This document shows, in pieces, positions 1 through 8,927 of a DNA stretch of 64,000 nt. Made by a program: the position numbers and the translations under genes. Location: IMG/VR virus record IMGVR_UViG_3300037067_027643, positions 32,001 to 96,000 of that record; one strand, given 5' to 3'. Under the pieces are notes generated by a model, which was given only the letters and a program-made list of their open reading frames with translations, had not been told where the DNA came from and ran no database searches. Source of the stretch: a virus (lineage: Duplodnaviria > Caudoviricetes). The stretch's first letter is position 1; the number at the start of each line of letters is the position of its first letter.

Positions 1-759
1 TGGAATGTAAATTCTACCACATTTATTAATATGTCTAAAACCACTTAAAACAATATAATGAGTTAATATCGATTTATTATTTTTATTCTTAATTATTATA
101 TCTAAATGAGCATTTACTCCATTATAAGTAAGTTCTTTAAACAAACAAGGTTTAGAGAATAGTTCTTTAATTAGTCTTGTTTTTCTATCATTTGCTAATT
201 TTAAAATTCTGTCTCCAAATTTATCTAAATAATAAAGAATACTTTTATAAAATTCAATTTGTTCTAAACTTTTAATTGTATTAACATTATCAATTTCTTT
301 AATTAAATAATTAACAGTTGTTTCATTGTAATATTTAGCTAAATATGAAATAACTTTGGTTAAGGGAGATGATTTTAATGATATATGAAATATTTTAATA
401 TCACCCTTATTATGTTTCTTAGTAGTTATTTTATAATATTTAAATGACAATGGTTTTGATTGAATTTTAAATATAATTTTTTTATTTAATTCTTGAAACT
501 TATTTTGATAAGCTGTATATACATCAGTTAATGCTGGCTGAATTTCTCTCCCAACTAACCCATCTATTTGAGTATTAAATTGAATCTGAAAATCAAATTT
601 AGATATATTTTGAAATTTAATTGGATTATCACATATTATTTGACTTAATTCATTCTTAAAATTTCTAATCTTAACAGCCTTATCATGTAAATGATTATAC
701 TTAATACTGTTTAAATCAGTAGAATAAAATGAAATTGAATATGTTGATTCCTGTAACAT
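1..759 (-). CDS. N-terminal 253 aa of a large basic protein running off the window, resembling phage TnpB-like (IS200/IS605-derived) proteins
   Basis: Not in ORF track. Frame is open from ATG at 759 to position 1 (MLQESTYSISFYSTDLNSIKYNHLHDKAVKIRNFKNELSQ...GRIYIP). Family call is recalled resemblance only; any RuvC region would lie outside the window. Confidence 0.45.
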   Translation of the reverse strand, partial: MLQESTYSISFYSTDLNSIKYNHLHDKAVKIRNFKNELSQIICDNPIKFQNISKFDFQIQFNTQIDGLVGREIQPALTDVYTAYQNKFQELNKKIIFKIQSKPLSFKYYKITTKKHNKGDIKIFHISLKSSPLTKVISYLAKYYNETTVNYLIKEIDNVNTIKSLEQIEFYKSILYYLDKFGDRILKLANDRKTRLIKELFSKPCLFKELTYNGVNAHLDIIIKNKNNKSILTHYIVLSGFRHINKCGRIYIP

Positions 760-785
760 TATTTATATATTTTTAAAAATTTATT

Positions 786-1079
786 TTATTCATACATTGT
801 TCCAGCAATTATATCTGGGTCACTATGTTCTTCCATCCATTGTTCAAATGATTTTTCTTTCCAGTTGTCTTCTGGATTTTCTGGATCATAATCCCAATTA
901 AAAACTGTCATTTCTTTCCATTTTTCTTTTGGAATTTCTACTATTTCATCATCGTCTTCAAAGTTAATTAAATCCATTCCAGTAATAGAACAATAGACTT
1001 TTAAAGCTTCTATAGTAGTATTAGCTGCTACCCATTCTTTTTCGTCTTGAGATTTCCATTGGATTTCAAATATTTTCAT
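786..1079 (-). CDS. hypothetical acidic protein
   Basis: 97-aa ORF packed with neighbours. Confidence 0.7.
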   Translation of the reverse strand: MKIFEIQWKSQDEKEWVAANTTIEALKVYCSITGMDLINFEDDDEIVEIPKEKWKEMTVFNWDYDPENPEDNWKEKSFEQWMEEHSDPDIIAGTMYE

Positions 1080-1269
1080 AATCTTCTATTCGTTTATTAA
1101 TATAATTTTGTAATTCTTCAATAGAGCATAGATATTGTTGTCTTAATCTATGAAATTCTTCATCCTTTATTTCTGTCCAATCGCTATAATGATTAAAGCA
1201 ATAGTGAATACCTTCTTCTCTCATTCTGTATTTAACATTTTTAAATAATTCTTTTAATGTTTCTTCCAT
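1066..1269 (-). CDS. hypothetical protein
   Basis: 67-aa ORF overlapping the next gene. Confidence 0.65.
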   Translation of the reverse strand: MEETLKELFKNVKYRMREEGIHYCFNHYSDWTEIKDEEFHRLRQQYLCSIEELQNYINKRIEDYENI

Positions 1270-1281
1270 GACTTATTTATT

Positions 1282-1818
1282 TTAAATTGATTCAATTATA
1301 TAAGGAGGTCTGACTCCACCATTAAAATAAACAGCTGCTTCTAATGCTTTTACAATCTTATCTTTTGGTTTTGTATTTTTATCCATAGCAAATAACGCAC
1401 CTTTAGCATACGATTCTCCACAACCACAAGCGTTATAATTATTAACCGATTCGCAAACTTGGAAATCAGCTTCTATCTTGAATAATCTACCACAATATCC
1501 AACTAAAAATGTCCCTCCACTTTCTTCATTGTTATCTATTTTAGTATAACCACCTTTTGTTAGAACTTTTCTTAATTCTGTAATAAACTTAGTACACATG
1601 TATTTAAAAATATCTTCGTCATCTAATCTTGTTGGTGGTATAAATGAAAACATAATCAATTGAATCATACGATAGCTAGTTGTGCAACCAAATACAAAAT
1701 CATCAACTTTAAAAACTTTTGGATCTTTTCTAATAGTTATATCAAAATCACTTGCTCCAGCACTATCACCACCTATATATACATTACCTTTATCAACTAT
1801 TCCAACAATGCAAGTCAT
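1282..1818 (-). CDS. HslV/proteasome-beta-like Ntn peptidase
   Basis: Starts M-TCIVG (Thr1 nucleophile after Met removal), GGDS, DPKVF, GCGESYAKGAL. Confidence 0.75.
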   Translation of the reverse strand: MTCIVGIVDKGNVYIGGDSAGASDFDITIRKDPKVFKVDDFVFGCTTSYRMIQLIMFSFIPPTRLDDEDIFKYMCTKFITELRKVLTKGGYTKIDNNEESGGTFLVGYCGRLFKIEADFQVCESVNNYNACGCGESYAKGALFAMDKNTKPKDKIVKALEAAVYFNGGVRPPYIIESI

Positions 1819-1853
1819 TTTCTATTTTTTATTTTAATATACAAAATTTTTCA

Positions 1854-2753
1854 TTACCAAACATTCTTTCCATCATCAAAAATATTATAATGAATCCTTG
1901 GATAATATCTCCAATCATTCTTTATACACATATTAAAAATAACCTTAGAACTTTTCTTTAACATATCACTATCAGTACCTTGTGGAACAATAACAATATC
2001 ATCATTATTAATAAATGTTAAATATGGTAAATATTCAATGTTTATCTCCTCAAAATCTCTCATACTATTAACAGTAAACTTCACCTCAAAATCATGACAT
2101 TTTTTAATGTTTATAAAATAATCACAATACATAGCTATCAACCTAATATCTATTCTATACTTATTATGTACAAATTCAACAGTTTCATTATATTCTATAT
2201 CGGTATTCTTTAAAGCTGCTTTTGTTGGGGTAGTATTACTTAGTTTTGCTGATATACTTAAAAAGTCAACATAATCTAACATATCTGGATTATATATCGT
2301 ACCGTTTGTTTCTAATACAGTATATAAATCCATCTGTTTTAATTCTTGTAGTAATAAGTTTAATTCTTTCAATTGAAGTGTTGGTTCTCCTCCTGTTATT
2401 ACTACTCGTTTTATTGTTTGGGTATTATTTGATACTGTATTTAATATATCATATAATGAAGTAGACTGTTTATTTTCATATTGTATCTCTTTCCAAACAT
2501 CACATGGATCACTCTTATATTCTGTATCTAACCAACAACAATGTAAATTACATCCACTAAACCTTATATATATACAAGATAACCCTGATAACTTACCTTC
2601 GTTTATTACTGTTCCTGGTTGTTTTGGGTATTTTATCTCACTCGTTTCATTGTTTGTTTCTAATAGATTGTTTCCATCTCGATCGTATAATATTGGAAAT
2701 ATTCCATTTTTAGTGAGGTTGATGTTGATATCTTTGTAGGTTTCGTTGTTCAC
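1854..2753 (-). CDS. queE: QueE-like radical SAM enzyme, divergent copy
   Basis: YIRFSGCNLHC...CD, VITGGEPTLQ, LETNGT, SISAK, PRIH. Confidence 0.75.
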   Translation of the reverse strand: MNNETYKDININLTKNGIFPILYDRDGNNLLETNNETSEIKYPKQPGTVINEGKLSGLSCIYIRFSGCNLHCCWLDTEYKSDPCDVWKEIQYENKQSTSLYDILNTVSNNTQTIKRVVITGGEPTLQLKELNLLLQELKQMDLYTVLETNGTIYNPDMLDYVDFLSISAKLSNTTPTKAALKNTDIEYNETVEFVHNKYRIDIRLIAMYCDYFINIKKCHDFEVKFTVNSMRDFEEINIEYLPYLTFINNDDIVIVPQGTDSDMLKKSSKVIFNMCIKNDWRYYPRIHYNIFDDGKNVW

Positions 2754-2755
2754 AT

Positions 2756-4057
2756 CTATTCTTCATCAAAGAAGTTATCAATATCTGGAGATAATGGTTG
2801 TTTTTGCTGTTCTTTAATAGCTTTTTCTTCTCTTCGTTCTTTTTTAGTAACTTTTACCTTCTCTTCTTCTACAACATTAAAAAATTCACCTATACTTTCA
2901 TTGTCAACAGATATATTTTCTACAGAATTATTTAATCTTTGATATACAGGTAAATATTTATTATAAATAGCTATTGGATTATCACTTTCCAATATTTCAT
3001 TCATTGATTGATATACCTTGTATAAATCAGTTGATATAAATTCTTTAATAATTTCATCATTACATTTAAACAACTTATCACAAAAATCAAACATCTGTTT
3101 ATAAATCATCATGTTGTGATGTGTAAGTATCATATATTGATATTCATCGAACTTACTAATATCTTGAAATGTTACTCCTTCACAAATTTTACAATCATTT
3201 GGACACGGTAGTAATTCTTCTAAATTTAATTTATGCTTTTTTCCTATTGTAATGCTGTTCATTGAAAGTGTATTCCAATTTACTCCGGTATAATACGTTC
3301 CAAAAATTGTAGCAAGGTTAGGAGATGAACTATCAGTTGTCAGTTGATACTTATTCCCATATCTATTATTAAATGCTTTTTGTAACATCGTAAACAGTAT
3401 TACATGGGTAGGTGATGTCGCTCCTAAATAATGTAGATATTTATTATGATTTTTTTCAAATTCTTTATTCTCTAATAAAAATGCTACACTATATAATATA
3501 GAATCCGCAGTTTTTGCTCCACCAAATGCCCATCCTCCAAATTCAAAATCTTTAACAGCATTATACCATTTTTTTCCAAATTCTTTAGATTCACACATTC
3601 CTTGAAGAACATTTAAATATTTTGTTTTTCCAGACTGGTTTTCGTTAAAATATTTAAAATTTTCTATACTTAAATTTAATGCATCATCTAAATGATTTGC
3701 ATATATTCCTCTTGTTGGAATATCAATATTCATAGCAATATCACTATTATTTTCCAACCAATTAAAAATTTGAATTCTCAAATTAGAGTCCCATTTTAAG
3801 GCTCCAGTTGCTATTTGATATCCTCCACTATCTCCTATTACAAAAGAATCTTGTAATCCCATTTTCTCTCTAATTTCCATTTCTTTATATCTATGTCCCG
3901 CGCTTAAAAGAAAGTAAGGATGATATAATTCTATTGGATAATCTTTTTCATAAAATCTGCACGATAAACCTGGATGTATTTCTCTATTTCTTTGAAGCCA
4001 TCCTTGACTGTTTCCACTTGATAAGGATGGGAAAAATATTAATTTATTATCTCTCAT
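2756..4057 (-). CDS. dpdA: DpdA/TGT-family guanine transglycosylase (7-deazaguanine insertion, probably into DNA)
   Basis: GDSGGYQ, AMNIDIP, LNVLQG, HYLG, DSSS, Zn site CxxxCxxC...HN; lies inside the folE/queD/queE cluster. Confidence 0.8.
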   Translation of the reverse strand: MRDNKLIFFPSLSSGNSQGWLQRNREIHPGLSCRFYEKDYPIELYHPYFLLSAGHRYKEMEIREKMGLQDSFVIGDSGGYQIATGALKWDSNLRIQIFNWLENNSDIAMNIDIPTRGIYANHLDDALNLSIENFKYFNENQSGKTKYLNVLQGMCESKEFGKKWYNAVKDFEFGGWAFGGAKTADSILYSVAFLLENKEFEKNHNKYLHYLGATSPTHVILFTMLQKAFNNRYGNKYQLTTDSSSPNLATIFGTYYTGVNWNTLSMNSITIGKKHKLNLEELLPCPNDCKICEGVTFQDISKFDEYQYMILTHHNMMIYKQMFDFCDKLFKCNDEIIKEFISTDLYKVYQSMNEILESDNPIAIYNKYLPVYQRLNNSVENISVDNESIGEFFNVVEEEKVKVTKKERREEKAIKEQQKQPLSPDIDNFFDEE

Positions 4058-5210
4058 TATTTAAAACTGTCTTAAAATATTCATATTCATTCCAAATATT
4101 AACTTCTCTATCAATTCCATTTGACATAATATATCCTTCTAATCTACGTCCTAAATCAGAAATATCGGCTATATCATAATGTGTTTGTGGATGTAAAATT
4201 GCATTATTTAAATATTCAATTGCACTTTCTAATTTAAAAGGGACATACAATCTGTTAGTTGATATAAACTCTGGAAAACTTCTAAAATTTGGATATACAA
4301 TATCACATCCAAATATCGATGCTTCTATTACTGTCCAACTTATATAATCTTGTAACGATGAATTGAATTGTATTTTAGCTTTTGATAATAATTCATAATA
4401 TTCTTCTTTTTTTAATGATGACTTAATAATAAATCTATCATTTTCTTTAGCTAATTTATTTATTTCATCCAATACAATATTATCGTTACTTCTAACACTT
4501 GATCCTGACGTTGTATAAATCCACTTCCAATCCAAATGCACTTTTAAAAATTGTCGAGCTACATTAATCATAAAAATTGGATTCTTTTCCCAATCTAATC
4601 TACTTGAAAAAATAACTATATTTTCTTTTTGAATATTACTATTATCATAAACTTTTTTAACATACTCAATATGAATAGGAAGTGAAACAACATGTATCTT
4701 ACAAGTAAACCCCGCATTTATTAATTGCTGTTTATGAATATCACATCCAACAAATATTCCAGTTAATTTTTTATCCAATCCCAATTCATACCATCGCATC
4801 CAATCTTTCATCGGATAAGTAAAATCATATTCATCAACAGATTGAGCATGTAGCATTGCATATACCTTTATATCTTTTATCTTATATAAATCTAATGCAT
4901 AAAAAATACTTTCTATTCCTGGTGTCCAAAAGTCTTGTAAATATATAATATCTCCGTCTTTAACAGTTCCTTTATTAATATATTGTAGCATTTGTTCACA
5001 TTGTTGAAGAGAATAAATTCCACGTCCAACCGCATCTAATACACATCCTACTTTAATATCAGTAGCTTTAGTTTCACTACCATACAAAGGAATAAAATTA
5101 ATTTTATCTTTATATTTTTTAAATGTATCTGGAATCCATTCTTCACAGAGTTGATATGTATATCTACTTTTAACACTTTCTAATCCAAAATAAAATAAGT
5201 TTTGTTTCAT
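4047..5210 (-). CDS. GT-B (GT4-like) glycosyltransferase
   Basis: IFSSRLDWEKNP, FNSSLQDYISWTVIEASIFGC, YPNFRSFPE. Confidence 0.8.
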   Translation of the reverse strand: MKQNLFYFGLESVKSRYTYQLCEEWIPDTFKKYKDKINFIPLYGSETKATDIKVGCVLDAVGRGIYSLQQCEQMLQYINKGTVKDGDIIYLQDFWTPGIESIFYALDLYKIKDIKVYAMLHAQSVDEYDFTYPMKDWMRWYELGLDKKLTGIFVGCDIHKQQLINAGFTCKIHVVSLPIHIEYVKKVYDNSNIQKENIVIFSSRLDWEKNPIFMINVARQFLKVHLDWKWIYTTSGSSVRSNDNIVLDEINKLAKENDRFIIKSSLKKEEYYELLSKAKIQFNSSLQDYISWTVIEASIFGCDIVYPNFRSFPEFISTNRLYVPFKLESAIEYLNNAILHPQTHYDIADISDLGRRLEGYIMSNGIDREVNIWNEYEYFKTVLNNER

Positions 5211-5214
5211 ATCA

Positions 5215-5637
5215 TTAAATTTTTAGATCATATTTATAATCATCTGGATATGTTTTTATCATTTGCATTTTAGTAACTTGATAAACTCTATACCAATCCG
5301 CATCAACTGAAACGGTATCTGTTTGTTTTAATCTTTCTATATTAATATCTTTTATTCTATAAATAATATGTACATGATTAAATATTGATAATGGAATATC
5401 GTTTAAACATTCCCTATTTGCTTCAATTGTAATGGTTTTCTTGGTTGTATGAATAATATCTTCTATGCATTTAAAATCTTGCTTTTTAATACAATCATTA
5501 ATAAATTCAATTGTAAAATAAACATGTGGATATTCTGCTATTAATTCTTTTTTATAATCTTTTCTAAAAAAAATAGTATAAATATCTTTATATCTACCTT
5601 CTACTTCTTTTCCTATCCAATACGACTCGTTATACAT
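5215..5637 (-). CDS. hypothetical protein of the deazaguanine cluster
   Basis: 140-aa ORF (WIGKEVEGR) tightly coupled to both neighbours. Confidence 0.7.
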   Translation of the reverse strand: MYNESYWIGKEVEGRYKDIYTIFFRKDYKKELIAEYPHVYFTIEFINDCIKKQDFKCIEDIIHTTKKTITIEANRECLNDIPLSIFNHVHIIYRIKDINIERLKQTDTVSVDADWYRVYQVTKMQMIKTYPDDYKYDLKI

Positions 5638-5977
5638 ACACTTCCGCTCCGTTTTCGTTATCTTCCATACAAGAACAATATTCTAAATCAAATTGTGATA
5701 ATAACTCTTTTGCTATCATTTCGCAACTCATATTATCAAATAATAAACATTTATAATATTTATCAAAATATTTTTCTGTTAAATATTCTACAATGGTATG
5801 TTTATAATCAATAAACTCAATATCTCTATCATCATGATTTACTAATTTTTTACAAGTAATATAAAAATTATGTCTATGTAAATCGGATAAAAACCCAACT
5901 TGTATTAATTTATTTTTAGCATCTTTCCATCTATGCAATCCTTCAACTGATAAATTAATAATTATATTTGTTTTCAT
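5630..5977 (-). CDS. dpdL: QueD-like T-fold protein, candidate DpdL (CDG decarboxylase)
   Basis: EGLHRW, LSDLHRHNF (fits LxxxHRHxF), RDIEF, SCEMIA, EDNENGA. Confidence 0.65.
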   Translation of the reverse strand: MKTNIIINLSVEGLHRWKDAKNKLIQVGFLSDLHRHNFYITCKKLVNHDDRDIEFIDYKHTIVEYLTEKYFDKYYKCLLFDNMSCEMIAKELLSQFDLEYCSCMEDNENGAEVYV

Positions 5978-5978
5978 A

Positions 5979-6614
5979 TTAATTATTTTTTACAAAATTA
6001 ATATTATCATAAAATTCTTTTCGAGAAGCTCCATAAATATCTTTAAATGCCCCGGTCAACTTACTTGTAATCATTCTGCTATTTTGTTTTACTCCTCTAG
6101 CAGATACACATAAATGTTCTGCTTCAATTAATACAGCTACTCCCAAATTATCTACGCACATTTTATCAATATATTCAGCGATCTGCATTGTAAGATTTTC
6201 TTGAATTTGTGGACGTCTAGCAAAGAAATCAACTATTCTATTTAATTTACTTAATCCGACTACCTTACCAGTAGGACTTGGAATATAAGCTATATATGCT
6301 TTACCTCGAAAATTAACAATATGATGGGCACACAAAGAATTCACCTCTATATGACCTGAGAAAACTAATCCATCATATTTTCCTTCGTTATCAAAAGCAG
6401 TAATATTTGGTTGTCCTTTATAACATCCACTCATTAATTCTTCTACCATCATTTTTGATACACGTTTAGGCGTTTCGGCCATCTGTACATCATTTTGCCA
6501 ATCAAATCCTAACGCGGTTAAAAACTTACCATATTCTTTAGTAGCATTTTCTATTGTTTTTTGAATATCTTGTTGAGATACTATTCTATTTTCATTTGAT
6601 TTTATTAAATCCAT
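5979..6614 (-). CDS. folE: GTP cyclohydrolase I
   Basis: [37 protein letters not shown]. Confidence 0.95.
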   Translation of the reverse strand: MDLIKSNENRIVSQQDIQKTIENATKEYGKFLTALGFDWQNDVQMAETPKRVSKMMVEELMSGCYKGQPNITAFDNEGKYDGLVFSGHIEVNSLCAHHIVNFRGKAYIAYIPSPTGKVVGLSKLNRIVDFFARRPQIQENLTMQIAEYIDKMCVDNLGVAVLIEAEHLCVSARGVKQNSRMITSKLTGAFKDIYGASRKEFYDNINFVKNN

Positions 6615-6668
6615 ATTTTTATAATTTTATTTATTTTTAATATACAAAATTATTATCAATTTTAAAAA

Positions 6669-7553
6669 TTAAACATTTCTTTTCTTTCCAAATAAATGAA
6701 TATGCAGTCTATCAGCAAATACATATCCAGATTTAATACATAATGGAATCAACCAGTTAGCATTTTCATACACTTCTTCCGAGGTAATTCCTTGAGGCAT
6801 TAAATATACATCTGTAGGTTGAACTCCTTTTAAATGTTGTAAAAATTCTGTTTCTATTTCATCAAAATCATCCCTATTAGCTACAACAAACTTTAATTGG
6901 AAATCTTTATCTCCTATTTTTTCAGTATAATCAGAATAATAACAAGAATCAATATATTGTTGAATTACATCTAAATTCTTTCTTTTATCTCGATGTAATT
7001 TCAGTTTATCTTCACTAAAATTAACATTTAATTTTTCCTTAGTGGGTTCAGAGCTACTTAATTTAGGACTCATTGAAATTAAATTAACGTATTCTCCAAC
7101 AATATTGGAATAAATTGTAGCATTAGTCTCAATAGTAATATCATATTGATGTTCTTTATATAATCTCTCTATAAGATCCTCAATACTGTTCTTCTGTACT
7201 AATGGCTCCCCACCTGTAATAACAATATTTTTTAATCGTCCACTGATATTATTATTGACAATCTTTACAATATCTTCATTACATACATGATTAATATCTG
7301 GAGTAAAACTGCTATACTCAGTATCGCACCGATTTACAATGTTTCCGCTTTTCCAAACACATCTCAGATTACATCCACTTGTTCTAATAAATAATGATGG
7401 AACTCCTACTCGTTTTCCTTCTCCTTGTAATGTACCTACTTGATTATAACCAGTACTATCTTTTTGAGCTATTGGATCGTTATTGATATCTACAACGATT
7501 GGAAATATTCCATCTTTTACTAAGTTAGTTGATATTATTTTTTCAGTCTCCAT
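6669..7553 (-). CDS. queE: 7-carboxy-7-deazaguanine synthase
   Basis: TLQGEG, FIRTSGCNLRC...CDT, ITGGEP, IETN, SMSPKLS, YLMPQG, RLH. Confidence 0.9.
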   Translation of the reverse strand: METEKIISTNLVKDGIFPIVVDINNDPIAQKDSTGYNQVGTLQGEGKRVGVPSLFIRTSGCNLRCVWKSGNIVNRCDTEYSSFTPDINHVCNEDIVKIVNNNISGRLKNIVITGGEPLVQKNSIEDLIERLYKEHQYDITIETNATIYSNIVGEYVNLISMSPKLSSSEPTKEKLNVNFSEDKLKLHRDKRKNLDVIQQYIDSCYYSDYTEKIGDKDFQLKFVVANRDDFDEIETEFLQHLKGVQPTDVYLMPQGITSEEVYENANWLIPLCIKSGYVFADRLHIHLFGKKRNV

Positions 7554-7770
7554 AATTTATTTTCCTTACTAAGCTTGAATCATGTACATAAAAATCAGTA
7601 TTATTACCGCTCACCTTCATTGAAATACAGTTCATTTCTGGTAAATATTCAAACCCAACTACTTCTCCCGATTCTCCATTATGTTGATGTTTGCCTGATA
7701 TATAGACTTGTTTTCCAGTCCATTCTGCATTTAATTTTCTTATCTGAGCATCAATTTGCTGTATATTCAT
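7543..7770 (-). CDS. hypothetical protein
   Basis: 75-aa ORF between queD and queE. Confidence 0.6.
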   Translation of the reverse strand: MNIQQIDAQIRKLNAEWTGKQVYISGKHQHNGESGEVVGFEYLPEMNCISMKVSGNNTDFYVHDSSLVRKINYGD

Positions 7771-7772
7771 TT

Positions 7773-8342
7773 TTATTGTTTATTTTTATTATATGATTTA
7801 ATTCCTTTAGCAAAACGATATCTTTCAATCATTTCTTTTTTAGTATTATTGAAATTTTCCAGTTCATCTAATGTAATTGAACTTACTTTACATTTTACAT
7901 AGCAACTTTCAGTTTCATACAAAATTATTTTTTTTAATGTAATACCTCTATCTAAAAATAGTAAATCAATTGCTAAAAACAATTCCTTTGCCATATTTTC
8001 TGCACTTGGATTACATGATACTCCTTCGCCATTTAAACTCATTATCCAAATTTTATTATTTGCATGAGTTTGTAATGTAGGAAGTAAATAATCTGTTGGA
8101 TTAGAAACATATCCGTGATCAAAATAATCATCGATAAATTGACCCGCTATTCTTTTTATTTCACTAAAATCCATCGAATATCCCAATTCAGGATCTTCCA
8201 TTAAGTCAGGAGTAAACGAAAAGCACAATTTATAATGATAAGTGTGCCCATGGAGTGATCCACAGCCTCCTACATGTTCAACGATTGTATGCGCAGAATC
8301 GAATTTACCCTTACGTACAATATCCATTTTTGTTTTTTTCAT
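7773..8342 (-). CDS. queD: 6-carboxy-5,6,7,8-tetrahydropterin synthase
   Basis: FDSAH, CGSLHGHTY, MDFSEIK, FDH, PSAEN, LYET. Confidence 0.9.
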   Translation of the reverse strand: MKKTKMDIVRKGKFDSAHTIVEHVGGCGSLHGHTYHYKLCFSFTPDLMEDPELGYSMDFSEIKRIAGQFIDDYFDHGYVSNPTDYLLPTLQTHANNKIWIMSLNGEGVSCNPSAENMAKELFLAIDLLFLDRGITLKKIILYETESCYVKCKVSSITLDELENFNNTKKEMIERYRFAKGIKSYNKNKQ

Positions 8343-8360
8343 AATTTCATTTTTTAAAAA

Positions 8361-8395
8361 TTATTGGGTATTAAAACTAAATTAATACCCAATAA
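8361..8395 (-). terminator. intrinsic terminator-like hairpin
   Basis: 14-bp inverted repeat TTATTGGGTATTAA/TTAATACCCAATAA, followed by a T-run on the minus strand. Confidence 0.7.
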
Positions 8396-8423
8396 TCTTA
8401 TTTTTATTAAATTGTTTTTTATT

Positions 8424-8600
8424 TTACTTTGAAGCTTCTACAGATTCTCTTCTATATTCTGTAACTAGTTTCTTAATCTCTCCGATAGCTGCTCTTGCTC
8501 TTTTTGCCGCTACTTTTTTACCTTTTTCTGTAAATTCTACATGATTTGTTTCGAATTCTTCCCAAAGTTTTTTTAATTGTTCAAATGTTGTTGTACTCAT
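8424..8600 (-). CDS. small histone H1/Hc1-like basic DNA-binding protein (58 aa)
   Basis: Not in ORF track. MSTTTFEQLKKLWEEFETNHVEFTEKGKKVAAKRARAAIGEIKKLVTEYRRESVEASK, with AAGGAG upstream; resembles the Hc1-like family (GxKxAAxRAR). Confidence 0.7.
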   Translation of the reverse strand: MSTTTFEQLKKLWEEFETNHVEFTEKGKKVAAKRARAAIGEIKKLVTEYRRESVEASK

Positions 8601-8626
8601 AATTCTCCTTTTTAAATTAATTGTTA

Positions 8627-8845
8627 TTATTTATGATTTTTCTTATTTGTTTTTACTACAATTACATTAGCAATTGAATCCGCTACTTTTTGTCTTTCTG
8701 CGTTTACTTTTGAAATAGAATCTACAGTTCTAAGTGAATCCAATTGTTTTTGAATTTGTGCTGCTTTGTTTGGTTCTGTTGTATTATTACACGATACAAA
8801 CATAAATCCAATTACTGTCAATAATACAAATGTTAATTTCTTCAT
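8627..8845 (-). CDS. small lipoprotein
   Basis: MKK, hydrophobic stretch, FVSC lipobox. Confidence 0.75.
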   Translation of the reverse strand: MKKLTFVLLTVIGFMFVSCNNTTEPNKAAQIQKQLDSLRTVDSISKVNAERQKVADSIANVIVVKTNKKNHK

Positions 8846-8927
8846 TAAATTTAAATCCTTTCTTTTTGTTTAATTGTTAATAATTATTTTTAATATACAA
8901 AATTGTTTTATTATAAACAAATTTATT

